A stretch of DNA of 64,000 nt, from positions 96,001 to 160,000 of IMG/VR virus record IMGVR_UViG_3300010167_000010; one strand, written 5' to 3'. This DNA comes from a virus. Its lineage: Duplodnaviria; Caudoviricetes. The position numbers and the translations under genes were made by a program. How positions within the stretch are numbered: position 1 is the first letter of the stretch; each line of letters starts with the position of its first letter. This document shows positions 22,381-30,575 of the stretch, in pieces. Below the pieces are notes generated by a model, which had not been told where the DNA came from, searched no databases, and was given only the letters and a program-made list of their open reading frames with translations.

Positions 22381-22388
22381 TATTTAGT
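22381..22388 (-). promoter_or_regulatory. putative late-promoter motif ACTAAATA heading the tail operon
   Basis: ACTAA(A/T)T(A/T) recurs upstream of at least 15 transcription units. Confidence 0.6.
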
Positions 22389-22455
22389 TAGTTTTTAACA
22401 TAAAAATGACTTTCAAACTTTATTGATTTTTTTAAAAAAGTTTACTAATTATTAA

Positions 22456-22707
22456 ATGGATTTTATTTGGTATAATAATGGTGAACGTAATAAAAAAATT
22501 TATGAAGGCCAAGACCCGCCAAAAGGATATAAAAAAGGGTATTTTATTGTAAAAAATAAAATGGAAAGACTTAAAAAATTAAATAAAATTTATGATAGAA
22601 AAATTGAAGCATTAGAAAAGAAAACTAAATTACAATTAAAACTTAAAAAGGAGAAATTAGAGAAAGAATTGAAAGAGAAACAACAAATTATCTTTCCTGA
22701 TCTTTAG
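22456..22707 (+). CDS. hypothetical basic protein (NUMOD-like WYNNG...G..KG motif)
   Basis: WYNNGERNKKI...PPKGYKKG. Confidence 0.55.
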   Translation: MDFIWYNNGERNKKIYEGQDPPKGYKKGYFIVKNKMERLKKLNKIYDRKIEALEKKTKLQLKLKKEKLEKELKEKQQIIFPDL

Positions 22708-22721
22708 TTAATATAATAAAA

Positions 22722-22937
22722 ATGGAAACGATTTATGTATCAGAAAACACAACTCCTTTCTATTTAGCAAGGTGGTTATTTTTAAAGAAAAAGATTTCTC
22801 AAAAAGAGTTTAAAGAATATGTAAATATGAGTAAAGAAGAATTAATCAACATTTTATGTGATTTTAATTTCAAAATAAAATTTAGGGGACAAGATAAGGT
22901 AGTATTCGAACCAACAGGTAGTCAGTTATTTGATTAG
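22722..22937 (+). CDS. hypothetical protein ending QLFD
   Basis: ORF preceded by the AGTTAAT motif. Confidence 0.6.
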   Translation: METIYVSENTTPFYLARWLFLKKKISQKEFKEYVNMSKEELINILCDFNFKIKFRGQDKVVFEPTGSQLFD

Positions 22938-23009
22938 AATTTTGAACGATATTTTATAATATCTTATATTATTATTGTAGGGATTTAATTCCTATAAGGG
23001 AGATGAAAT

Positions 23010-23237
23010 ATGAGACATACTATTAAAGTTGTTACGAGTAAACACGTAACTGAATCACATGCTACTTTTCTCCAAATGAACGGGTTCGATGTCCGGTCAA
23101 GAAAATCTAAAACTTTTATTATGGGACTTCCAGAAGATTTTGCTGATCTTTCAAGAAATGAAAGCATTTTTATGAGTGACATTATAAATGATGTTTCTCT
23201 TAAAATAACTGATGGTGATTTTACTTGGAGTAATTAA
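23010..23237 (+). CDS. hypothetical protein
   Basis: GGGAG RBS. Confidence 0.6.
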   Translation: MRHTIKVVTSKHVTESHATFLQMNGFDVRSRKSKTFIMGLPEDFADLSRNESIFMSDIINDVSLKITDGDFTWSN

Positions 23238-23371
23238 TGGTATTTGTAGTAATATTATTTAAGATGTCGATGTTAGCATTAGGTTGCGCATTAGCAATTT
23301 GGCTTACTTTGAGACTTATAAATTCTATAAGGAGTTTATAATATAAATTTATAGTTAATTTACTAATTATA

Positions 23372-23548
23372 AGGTAGTAATACCTCTTGGCACTGATTGA
23401 GAATTTGCTCTAGCCCGGGTATCCTGAAAGGATTGCTAATGGAGCTTATGAAGAACAGGTAGTTGAGTAAAAACTTACTGTGAGGGTAATCACCTATATC
23501 CTCGAGAAAAGATTAGGTGTTCGGCGGCTTTAAAAATTACTGCTGCCC
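23372..23548 (+). ncRNA. structured RNA of unknown family, immediately upstream of tRNA-Pro
   Basis: GC-enriched non-coding stretch: GNRA hairpin, GAAA hairpin, H-type pseudoknot, terminal hairpin. Confidence 0.6.
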
Positions 23549-23550
23549 AA

Positions 23551-23623
23551 CGGAAGGTTTGATAGCGGCTAATCGGCTTGGTTTGGGACCAAGATTTCGT
23601 GGGTTCGAGTCCCACCCTTCCGA
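23551..23623 (+). tRNA. tRNA-Pro(TGG), CCA not encoded
   Basis: Acceptor CGGAAGG/CCTTCCG, anticodon arm CTTGG-TTTGGGA-CCAAG, T arm GTGGG-TTCGAGT-CCCAC. Confidence 0.93.
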
Positions 23624-23625
23624 AT

Positions 23626-23805
23626 ATGAATTTTGATGAAGAAAAATATGTCAGAAGTTTAGAAGCAAAATTGGATGCAATAAAACAATTAGCAGATGAA
23701 GCCTGGGAAAGTGGAAAACATTTAGTAATTTATGATCGTTCAATGTTACCTCTTTCTAATATTCGAGAAATTCAAATTATTTCTAATTTAGAAAAAAATA
23801 ATTAG
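23626..23805 (+). CDS. hypothetical protein
   Basis: ATG 2 nt after the tRNA; the ORF-track start at 23578 lies inside the tRNA. Confidence 0.55.
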   Translation: MNFDEEKYVRSLEAKLDAIKQLADEAWESGKHLVIYDRSMLPLSNIREIQIISNLEKNN

Positions 23806-23814
23806 GAGACTAAT

Positions 23815-24201
23815 ATGTCTACAAGATCACTTATTAATGTCGAATGTAATGATGGAATTGTAAGATCTGTTTATTGTCATTTCGACGGTTCTGATCATTT
23901 ACCCACTTTACAACTTCATTATAATTCGCAAGAATTAGCTGAAGCTTTAGTAAATTTGGGAGATATGAGTTCTTTAGGACCATTTATGTCTTGTCCAGAA
24001 GGTCACTCATTTGAAAATCCAGTTGATGATTATTCAGTATTTTATCATCGAGATCGTGGTGAAGATTGGGATGATACTTGTCCAGCTGAATTTGATACTT
24101 TGGCAGAAGCAAGAAAACAAGATCGTGGACAGCAATATATTTATGAATGGAAAGAAGGCGCTTGGCGCGGATATAATGTTTATAGAAAAAGATATATGTA
24201 A
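23815..24201 (+). CDS. conserved phage hypothetical protein
   Basis: MSTRS...SVYCHFDG pattern common in large phages; AGGAG RBS. Confidence 0.75.
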   Translation: MSTRSLINVECNDGIVRSVYCHFDGSDHLPTLQLHYNSQELAEALVNLGDMSSLGPFMSCPEGHSFENPVDDYSVFYHRDRGEDWDDTCPAEFDTLAEARKQDRGQQYIYEWKEGAWRGYNVYRKRYM

Positions 24202-24215
24202 GGGAGGTGAATAGA

Positions 24216-24305
24216 TTGGTTTTGAGAAAAAGAGTAATATTTGTGATATTGATTTTAGTTGCTGCGTCATTTGCAGCAGTTGAGCTTTTTGTAAAAGTTC
24301 TATAA
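24216..24305 (+). CDS. 29-aa single-TM peptide
   Basis: GGGAGGTGA RBS, TTG start, MVLRKRVIFVILILVAASFAAVELFVKVL. Confidence 0.5.
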   Translation: MVLRKRVIFVILILVAASFAAVELFVKVL

Positions 24306-24310
24306 TAATT

Positions 24311-24383
24311 TGCCTGGTAGTGTAATGGTTTAGCACTACAGACTTTGAATCTGTCAGTGGAGGTTCGAATCCTCCCTGGGCAG
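24311..24383 (+). tRNA. tRNA-Gln(TTG), CCA not encoded
   Basis: Acceptor TGCCTGG/CTGGGCA, anticodon arm ACAGA-CTTTGAA-TCTGT, T arm GGAGG-TTCGAAT-CCTCC. Confidence 0.95.
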
Positions 24384-24402
24384 CTAATTTATGAGGTGAT
24401 AT

Positions 24403-24570
24403 ATGCCAACAATTATAAAAATTAGAAAGCCAAAACTTAATTACAGTTTTGAATATCTTAGTAAAAAATTAAAAAATAAAACAGTCGAACTTAACGATGA
24501 CGAATTATTGTCTCTAATGAATTCATTTCTTTATCTTTATAAAGAATTTAAAAATCAAGAAGGCATTTAA
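24403..24570 (+). CDS. small hypothetical protein
   Basis: GAGGTGA RBS; stop overlaps next start. Confidence 0.55.
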   Translation: MPTIIKIRKPKLNYSFEYLSKKLKNKTVELNDDELLSLMNSFLYLYKEFKNQEGI

Positions 24571-24845
24571 TGAAAGATGTTTATGGTTTTAATGTTGATG
24601 TTGGAGATTATGTAATATATCCAAATGAAATAAAACGATATAATTTTTATATTTGGAAAGTACATAAAGTTACACCCCAAAAAATTTGGACAGATAAATT
24701 TCCAGGAGCAAAAGAACCTTATTATAATGCATTTACTAGACAAATGGAAATAAGGGACACACAATTAGTAGGAAGAGAAAACGTTGTAAAAGCAACGCCT
24801 GAACAAATTGAAGTGGCCAGGCAAAGGGGGATGTTAGTTGAATGA
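24570..24845 (+). CDS. hypothetical protein (SH3/KOW-like)
   Basis: D..G..V.VGDYV pattern. Confidence 0.6.
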   Translation: MKDVYGFNVDVGDYVIYPNEIKRYNFYIWKVHKVTPQKIWTDKFPGAKEPYYNAFTRQMEIRDTQLVGRENVVKATPEQIEVARQRGMLVE

Positions 24846-25054
24846 GTTGGAAATTTGGAATTCAATGTACTGAATGTAATAAAATTACAATACCTTATAG
24901 ATATGCAGATTGTATATGTGAAAAGTGCGGCGCGCTACTTTGGACAAGCGGAGATGATAAACGTATATTAAAATCTGGGCGCAGAGTATCATATAAAAAT
25001 CGTTTATTTAGAAAACCATTAGTAAGGACAGATATTTATGAAAACAATACTTAA
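24842..25054 (+). CDS. small zinc-ribbon protein
   Basis: CTEC...CEKC. Confidence 0.6.
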   Translation: MSWKFGIQCTECNKITIPYRYADCICEKCGALLWTSGDDKRILKSGRRVSYKNRLFRKPLVRTDIYENNT

Positions 25055-26246
25055 AGAAACAGCATCCATTAAAGTTTATCTTGAAACTGATAAGCTTGGA
25101 GATCAATGGAAAAAGTTTCGTTCAAAAGAATATAATTATAATTTTAATTTAAGAACAGGAATGTTCCAACGTTGGGGTATCTCAGAAAGAGATGATCCAG
25201 ATATGTCAGAATTTGGACCAGAAATTTTAGATTTTGAAATTACTACGTCTTGTAATGGAATTGATGGTAAACTTTGTAAATACTGTTATAAAGCCAATAC
25301 TCCAGAAGGAAAAAATACTTCATTTGAAGATTTTAAAAAAGTAATTCAAGAAATAAATTTTAATAATCAGCTAACTCAGGTTGCTTTTGGTTTAGGTTCA
25401 TCTGGATTAGAAAATCCAGAACTTTGGAATATGTGTGAATATCTCAGAGAAAACCACATTATACCAAACGGAACAATTGCTCAAGTTGATAATGAAACAG
25501 CCAGACTTATTTCAGAAAATTTTGGCGGAGTAGCTGTAAGTTTCCATTCTGATTTTGAAGTTCTAGCTGAAACAATTAAGAAACTTTCACTTGCATCTGT
25601 TAGTCCTTATCCAGAAAAAAGACAAACTTTACAACAGATCAATGTACATTTTTGTTTAATGGAAGAAACGTATGATGATTGTTTGAAACTTTTTGAAATG
25701 GTAAAAAGTGATAATCGATTTGAAGGGCTGAATGCAATAGTATTGCTTGGTCTCAAACAATGTGGAAGAGCCAAAACAGGTTTTAGTAAATTGTCAGACA
25801 AAAAATTTAGAGACTTAATTAGAATTGCATTTGAGAAGAAAATTGGAATTGGTTTTGATTCATGTTCTGCAAATAAGTTTATTAAGGCAGCTGAAATATT
25901 GTCAATGGAAAAAATACAACAAATTGAAGAGGGGTTAATAGATGATTTTGAAGTTGGCCATCAATTACCTAGACCAGAAGTAATGCTTGAAAAAATAAAA
26001 TTGCATAATATGCTTCAGTTAGTAGAGCCTTGTGAAAGTGGTTTATTTTCAAGTTATGTAAATGTTAATTGTATTTATCATCATTGTTCATTTGAAGAAG
26101 GGAGTGATAAAACTAATTGGAAAGGTTTCGATTTAATAAATAAATCTACTTCTTTTAAGCGATTTTGGCAAATACATGCTGAAATGAAAAGATGGAGAGA
26201 AGAATTGGCTGCATCTGGAAGAAGCTGTCCAATTTATGATGTTTAG
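25038..26246 (+). CDS. radical SAM enzyme with C-terminal SPASM/Twitch-like region
   Basis: PEILDFEITTSC-x7-CKYCY; PCESGLFS.Y.....HCSF; terminal CP. Confidence 0.88.
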   Translation: MKTILKETASIKVYLETDKLGDQWKKFRSKEYNYNFNLRTGMFQRWGISERDDPDMSEFGPEILDFEITTSCNGIDGKLCKYCYKANTPEGKNTSFEDFKKVIQEINFNNQLTQVAFGLGSSGLENPELWNMCEYLRENHIIPNGTIAQVDNETARLISENFGGVAVSFHSDFEVLAETIKKLSLASVSPYPEKRQTLQQINVHFCLMEETYDDCLKLFEMVKSDNRFEGLNAIVLLGLKQCGRAKTGFSKLSDKKFRDLIRIAFEKKIGIGFDSCSANKFIKAAEILSMEKIQQIEEGLIDDFEVGHQLPRPEVMLEKIKLHNMLQLVEPCESGLFSSYVNVNCIYHHCSFEEGSDKTNWKGFDLINKSTSFKRFWQIHAEMKRWREELAASGRSCPIYDV

Positions 26247-26331
26247 ATATGATAGTATCAGTAATTATTTTAAGTTTTGGGTTCGGATTTTTATTCGGAA
26301 TATTAGCTGGTGGTAAATTAAGGAGTAAAAT

Positions 26332-26772
26332 ATGAAAATAAGAAACGGTTTTGTTAGTAATAGTTCAAGCTCTTCATTTGTTATTGGATCAAATGAGAAA
26401 TTAGATAAAACTTTAAAAGAAAACTTTACAGAATTTTTTCCAGCTGAAAACGAAAGAACTAAAGAGTTTATAAAATTATTAGCAGATGAAATTGATTGGG
26501 AATTTGAAAGTTACGATGGACATGAAACAATGGAAACTTGGAAAGAATATGAGAAATATCATCGTGATGGTTGGGGTCAATATAATGAAGAAATTCCAGA
26601 AGAGGATATAAAACTTTATAAACCATTTTTTGATAATTGGAAATACGTTCACTTTATAAGAATACCTTCTGATGGTGATGGAGGAACTCGATTAAGTCAA
26701 GCATTACGATATGCTTTTCCAAGAGAATATAAAAGTGAAAAATGTGAAATTAAAATAGAATGTAATGGATAG
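26332..26772 (+). CDS. MKIRxGFVSNSSSSSF-leader family protein 1
   Basis: Leader motif; AAGGAG RBS. Confidence 0.85.
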   Translation: MKIRNGFVSNSSSSSFVIGSNEKLDKTLKENFTEFFPAENERTKEFIKLLADEIDWEFESYDGHETMETWKEYEKYHRDGWGQYNEEIPEEDIKLYKPFFDNWKYVHFIRIPSDGDGGTRLSQALRYAFPREYKSEKCEIKIECNG

Positions 26773-26784
26773 AAGGAGATAAAA

Positions 26785-27150
26785 ATGAAAATTAGAAATG
26801 GTTTTGTTAGTAATTCTAGTAGTTCAAGTTTTGTAATTGCTGGAGTAAGAATGGACGAAGATCAATTTGTTGAATTTTTTAATGTAGACGAAGATACTTT
26901 AGAAGAAATGAAAGAAGATTGTTATAATATTCCAACAAATTTTGACACAAAAGGTCTCGATATTGAAGTAGATTTTGAAAATGAATCTTTTTATGTAGGT
27001 AAAGTAATTATTGGTGATGACGGTGAATTTTATGGTGGATGCGCGCTTGATTTAAATGAAGCAACTAAAGCAATGAATTCTACTGAAGTAAAATCTATAA
27101 AAGAAAATGGGTATGTACCTAAAGTTTTAATAGTAACTATACCTGGGTAG
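26785..27150 (+). CDS. MKIRxGFVSNSSSSSF-leader family protein 2
   Basis: Leader motif; AAGGAG RBS. Confidence 0.85.
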   Translation: MKIRNGFVSNSSSSSFVIAGVRMDEDQFVEFFNVDEDTLEEMKEDCYNIPTNFDTKGLDIEVDFENESFYVGKVIIGDDGEFYGGCALDLNEATKAMNSTEVKSIKENGYVPKVLIVTIPG

Positions 27151-27161
27151 GAGAATTAAAA

Positions 27162-27446
27162 ATGAAAATAAGAACAGGTTTTGTAAGTAATAGTTCTAGC
27201 AGCTCATTTTGTATTTTTGGTACTTATGAAAATCTTACTAGCGAAATGATAGATAAATTAGAAGATGCTGGTTTTAGCGTTTATGATCCATGGGAATCAT
27301 CATGTCAATATGCTGGCATGGATTGTGATAAAATGGAAATGGATGAAACTCGTCGTCAATTTGAAGATCGTGTTACAAAAAAATTAGAAGAATTAGGATA
27401 TAAAGGTCCATTTGGACACTATCGTGAAGGCTGGTATAATGGGTAA
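27162..27446 (+). CDS. MKIRxGFVSNSSSSSF-leader family protein 3
   Basis: Leader motif; AGGAG RBS. Confidence 0.85.
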   Translation: MKIRTGFVSNSSSSSFCIFGTYENLTSEMIDKLEDAGFSVYDPWESSCQYAGMDCDKMEMDETRRQFEDRVTKKLEELGYKGPFGHYREGWYNG

Positions 27447-27548
27447 AATCTTATGTTATTTAGGATTTCACGATTGGGAATATTGTTATGATACAGCTTC
27501 CCATGCACCCGTTAAACATTGTATAAAATGTGGAATTAAAATATTGAG

Positions 27549-27854
27549 GTGTACATGATAAAAATTATATTTTTAATTATTTTAGTTTTATTTATTGGGT
27601 GTTCTTCATTTGAAGATAAAGTAACAATATCTCAAGTAATAATTTTTGATGAAGAACTTTTTACTATCTATAGTTCACAAACTCCTAGGGGTCCAATGAG
27701 AGGAGATATAGCTATTGTTGGTCTTCTTCATACAAGAGGTAGAGTATTTCCAATTACAGTTTTTGGAAAACAAGATGAACATACTGATAAAGTAATAGAT
27801 AATATTGGTAGATCACTTCCAGTAAAAGAATGGGAAAAGTTAATTTCAAATTAA
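27549..27854 (+). CDS. putative lipoprotein
   Basis: Hydrophobic signal ending FIGC lipobox. Confidence 0.6.
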   Translation: MYMIKIIFLIILVLFIGCSSFEDKVTISQVIIFDEELFTIYSSQTPRGPMRGDIAIVGLLHTRGRVFPITVFGKQDEHTDKVIDNIGRSLPVKEWEKLISN

Positions 27855-27863
27855 GAGGATAAC

Positions 27864-28580
27864 ATGAAAATAAGAAATGGATTTGTAAGTAATAGTTCAA
27901 GTAGTTCTTTTGTAATTAATGTTGCAGATATATTTATAATACCTGGAATGCCAAAAACTTTAAAAGATAGAAAAACTTTAATTGTGCCATTTATTTTTGG
28001 CGGAGAAACTTGTTTTGGTAGACAACGAGAAAATTATTCAGATTTTGGCAGTCGTTTAAATTGGGCTTATCTTCAAGCGAGATCATTAAAAAGAGCTTAC
28101 GATCTTTTACAACAAGATCCAACAATGAGTGTTCAACATACTCAAAAATCTATAAACTTAATAAAGAAACATAATAATGATATTACTATTTTAGAAGAAA
28201 TATTAAAAGAAAATTTAAAAATAGAAAATATAGAATGGAGATTATTACACGATTATGAAAAACCACCAACTAGATGGGAAAACGAATATCACAGTGGTCC
28301 TGGTGGAAACGAACCATTAGGTTATGTTCAAGGATATATTGATCATCAATCTACTTGGTATGATAGACCAGAAGAGTACTTAAATATTTTTGAAAATAAA
28401 GAATCTATTTTTCAATGGCTTTTCGGTGATGGGAATTATGTTGCAAATCGTTCTGATGAGTACGAAGATGCATCAGATCCGGAAGTAAATCATTTATTTG
28501 ATTATATGACATATGAATTATATTACAATGAACAAGATAATCCTGAGAAGTTTGATCAAAAAGGTAATTTTATAGAGTAA
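27864..28580 (+). CDS. MKIRxGFVSNSSSSSF-leader family protein 4
   Basis: Leader motif; longer body containing YIDHQS. Confidence 0.85.
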   Translation: MKIRNGFVSNSSSSSFVINVADIFIIPGMPKTLKDRKTLIVPFIFGGETCFGRQRENYSDFGSRLNWAYLQARSLKRAYDLLQQDPTMSVQHTQKSINLIKKHNNDITILEEILKENLKIENIEWRLLHDYEKPPTRWENEYHSGPGGNEPLGYVQGYIDHQSTWYDRPEEYLNIFENKESIFQWLFGDGNYVANRSDEYEDASDPEVNHLFDYMTYELYYNEQDNPEKFDQKGNFIE

Positions 28581-28608
28581 CTTCTTATATAATATCAGGA
28601 ATTATATT

Positions 28609-29268
28609 ATGGATTTTCAAGTAGCTTTAATGCATAGACGAAAATTTCCCAGAATTGGTCATACTATTGATAGTAAAAGTATGCAGGCCGATGATTTTGT
28701 AGTTAATCCAAATTTTTTACATAAAAATGTAGTAATTACTGAAAAACTTGATGGTGAAAATACTGTTATGGGCAATCGTTATATACATGCCAGATCTTTA
28801 GATAGTGGCGGAGCTGCATGGAGAACAATGGTGGCCGCAATTCACGCTAAAATTAGTTCGCATATTCCCGAAACAATGAGAATATGTGGAGAAAATATGC
28901 AAGGAAAACATAGTATCGAATATGAACTTGATTATCCTTTTTATGTTTTTCAAGTTACAGATAAACAAAAAGTATTAAGTTGGGACGATACATTAGTAAT
29001 ATGTGAATGTTTAGAATTACCTGCTGTCCCAGAAATTTATCGTGGAGAATATCATCCAGATTTAATTAAATTAGCATACAGTTTATATCAAAATAATTCA
29101 TTAAATGATGAAATTGAAGGATATGTAATTCGTAATGTAGACGAATTTAATGAATCTGATTTTGATAAAAATATAGCAAAATGGGTTAGACCTAATCATG
29201 TTCAAACAGATGAACATTGGACCAAAAATTGGACACCAAATAAAATAAGGAATAAATCGTGTTATTAG
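28609..29268 (+). CDS. RNA ligase (Rnl2-like nucleotidyltransferase)
   Basis: Motif I TEKLDGEN, motif III GEN, motif IV EGYVIR, motif V AKWV. Confidence 0.85.
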   Translation: MDFQVALMHRRKFPRIGHTIDSKSMQADDFVVNPNFLHKNVVITEKLDGENTVMGNRYIHARSLDSGGAAWRTMVAAIHAKISSHIPETMRICGENMQGKHSIEYELDYPFYVFQVTDKQKVLSWDDTLVICECLELPAVPEIYRGEYHPDLIKLAYSLYQNNSLNDEIEGYVIRNVDEFNESDFDKNIAKWVRPNHVQTDEHWTKNWTPNKIRNKSCY

Positions 29269-29789
29269 TAACTGTAGGAATTTCTGGAAGCGGGAAAAAT
29301 AGATTAAAAGATTTTTTAGATCAATATTTTAGTAGCAAAGGAATTGCATTTACTAATGTTGAACCAGATGCAATACGTCGAAAAATGTGGGGAGACGTAA
29401 ACGAGCAAAAAAATGGCCACTTAGTTTTTAAGAAAGCTGGAGAACAAATTATTAAAGGTATTATTGAAAACAAAATAGTATTTTTTAATGCAACAAATAC
29501 AAACTGGTCACGTCTTAAAGCTTTTGTAGAAGAAAATACAGATTATACTCAAAAAGTTATTTATATTTTTATGATGGATAGCTTAAACTTTAATATTTGT
29601 AAACAACGTGTAAATGATGATATTAAAAGTAATATAGATAGATCTCGCGTTCCTGACGATATAATTTATCGTCAGTATCAAAATTTTCAAACATGTTTTA
29701 GAAATGCAAAAGATGATCATGAAGCAGAAATTTATGAATATGACGGGCAATATCATAAGCTTATTCTTTATATCGAAAAGTTAATTTAA
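29259..29789 (+). CDS. polynucleotide kinase-like P-loop protein
   Basis: GISGSGKN, DAIR, NATN, R.VP. Confidence 0.8.
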   Translation: MLLVTVGISGSGKNRLKDFLDQYFSSKGIAFTNVEPDAIRRKMWGDVNEQKNGHLVFKKAGEQIIKGIIENKIVFFNATNTNWSRLKAFVEENTDYTQKVIYIFMMDSLNFNICKQRVNDDIKSNIDRSRVPDDIIYRQYQNFQTCFRNAKDDHEAEIYEYDGQYHKLILYIEKLI

Positions 29790-29793
29790 TATT

Positions 29794-30306
29794 ATGAAAT
29801 CAATATTACTCATCGTTCATGGGATGGATGGGTCTGGAAAAGAAAATTTACGAGATAAATTATTAAATTATTATAAACATAATTTTATTACTGTAGATTT
29901 AGAAGATATAAAGAATAATGCAATTGGCTCTTTAAATGAGAATACCCAACAATGGGTATTACAAATTGCTTATCATATTTTAAACAGTACTCAAGAAAAT
30001 AATATTTTATATTTCGATGTTAAAAGTTTTTATTGGGAAGACTTAAAAGAATTTATAAATAAAAGTGCACCTGATACTAAACAAATCTATTTATTTTTAG
30101 AAGATTCATTAGATCCAAAATTATGTATAAATAGAGCAAACGAAGAAATAGAAAACTCTTTGAATAAAGACATTATTACACCAGAAGAAATGATACTACA
30201 ATATAATAGTTTTATAGATAGTTTAGAAAAAGCTAAATTAGAAAATAACTACTATATTTACAACGATTTTGATAAGTTAATATCTTATATTAAGGAGAAT
30301 ATATGA
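29794..30306 (+). CDS. degenerate paralogue of the P-loop kinase
   Basis: GMDGSGKE; DSLDPKLC parallels DSLNFNIC. Confidence 0.65.
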   Translation: MKSILLIVHGMDGSGKENLRDKLLNYYKHNFITVDLEDIKNNAIGSLNENTQQWVLQIAYHILNSTQENNILYFDVKSFYWEDLKEFINKSAPDTKQIYLFLEDSLDPKLCINRANEEIENSLNKDIITPEEMILQYNSFIDSLEKAKLENNYYIYNDFDKLISYIKENI

Positions 30307-30575
30307 CAATAGAAATTATAAAAACAGAAACTATAGAAATAAAACCGGGAATTGAAACTATTTATTTTTATCACTCTGAGGACCCAACATTAAATAATTT
30401 AATTTATGTGTCGTCCCGCGATGATGACTTTAAAAATGCTGCAAGTTTTCTAAGATTAGATAATAAACCAATAGTTTTACGAAAAATTGAAGGAACTGAA
30501 AAAGAATGGTTTGAATTAAGAAAAGAAAAAGAAGAACTTATGGCTCAGGGAACAAAATGGGAAGAAAACTCTTAA
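30303..30575 (+). CDS. hypothetical protein
   Basis: ORF with AAGGAG RBS. Confidence 0.6.
   Translation: MTIEIIKTETIEIKPGIETIYFYHSEDPTLNNLIYVSSRDDDFKNAASFLRLDNKPIVLRKIEGTEKEWFELRKEKEELMAQGTKWEENS

Noticed and set aside
23391-23432. Hammerhead-like CTGA..GA near a GAAA
   Set aside because: Spacing is CTGATTGA and stem II is followed by TA, not GAAA; core not satisfied
23578-23625. ORF-track N-terminal extension MVWDQDF...
   Set aside because: Lies within tRNA-Pro; the real start is probably 23626
23624-24420. Theta/HDV-like ribozymes after the tRNAs
   Set aside because: Trailers run directly into AT-rich ORF starts; no nested pseudoknot seen
26332-27920. CRISPR-like or DGR-like DNA repeats at the SNSSSSS leaders
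   Set aside because: Copies differ at synonymous sites, lie at gene starts and are irregularly spaced; no cas1/2 or reverse transcriptase in the window
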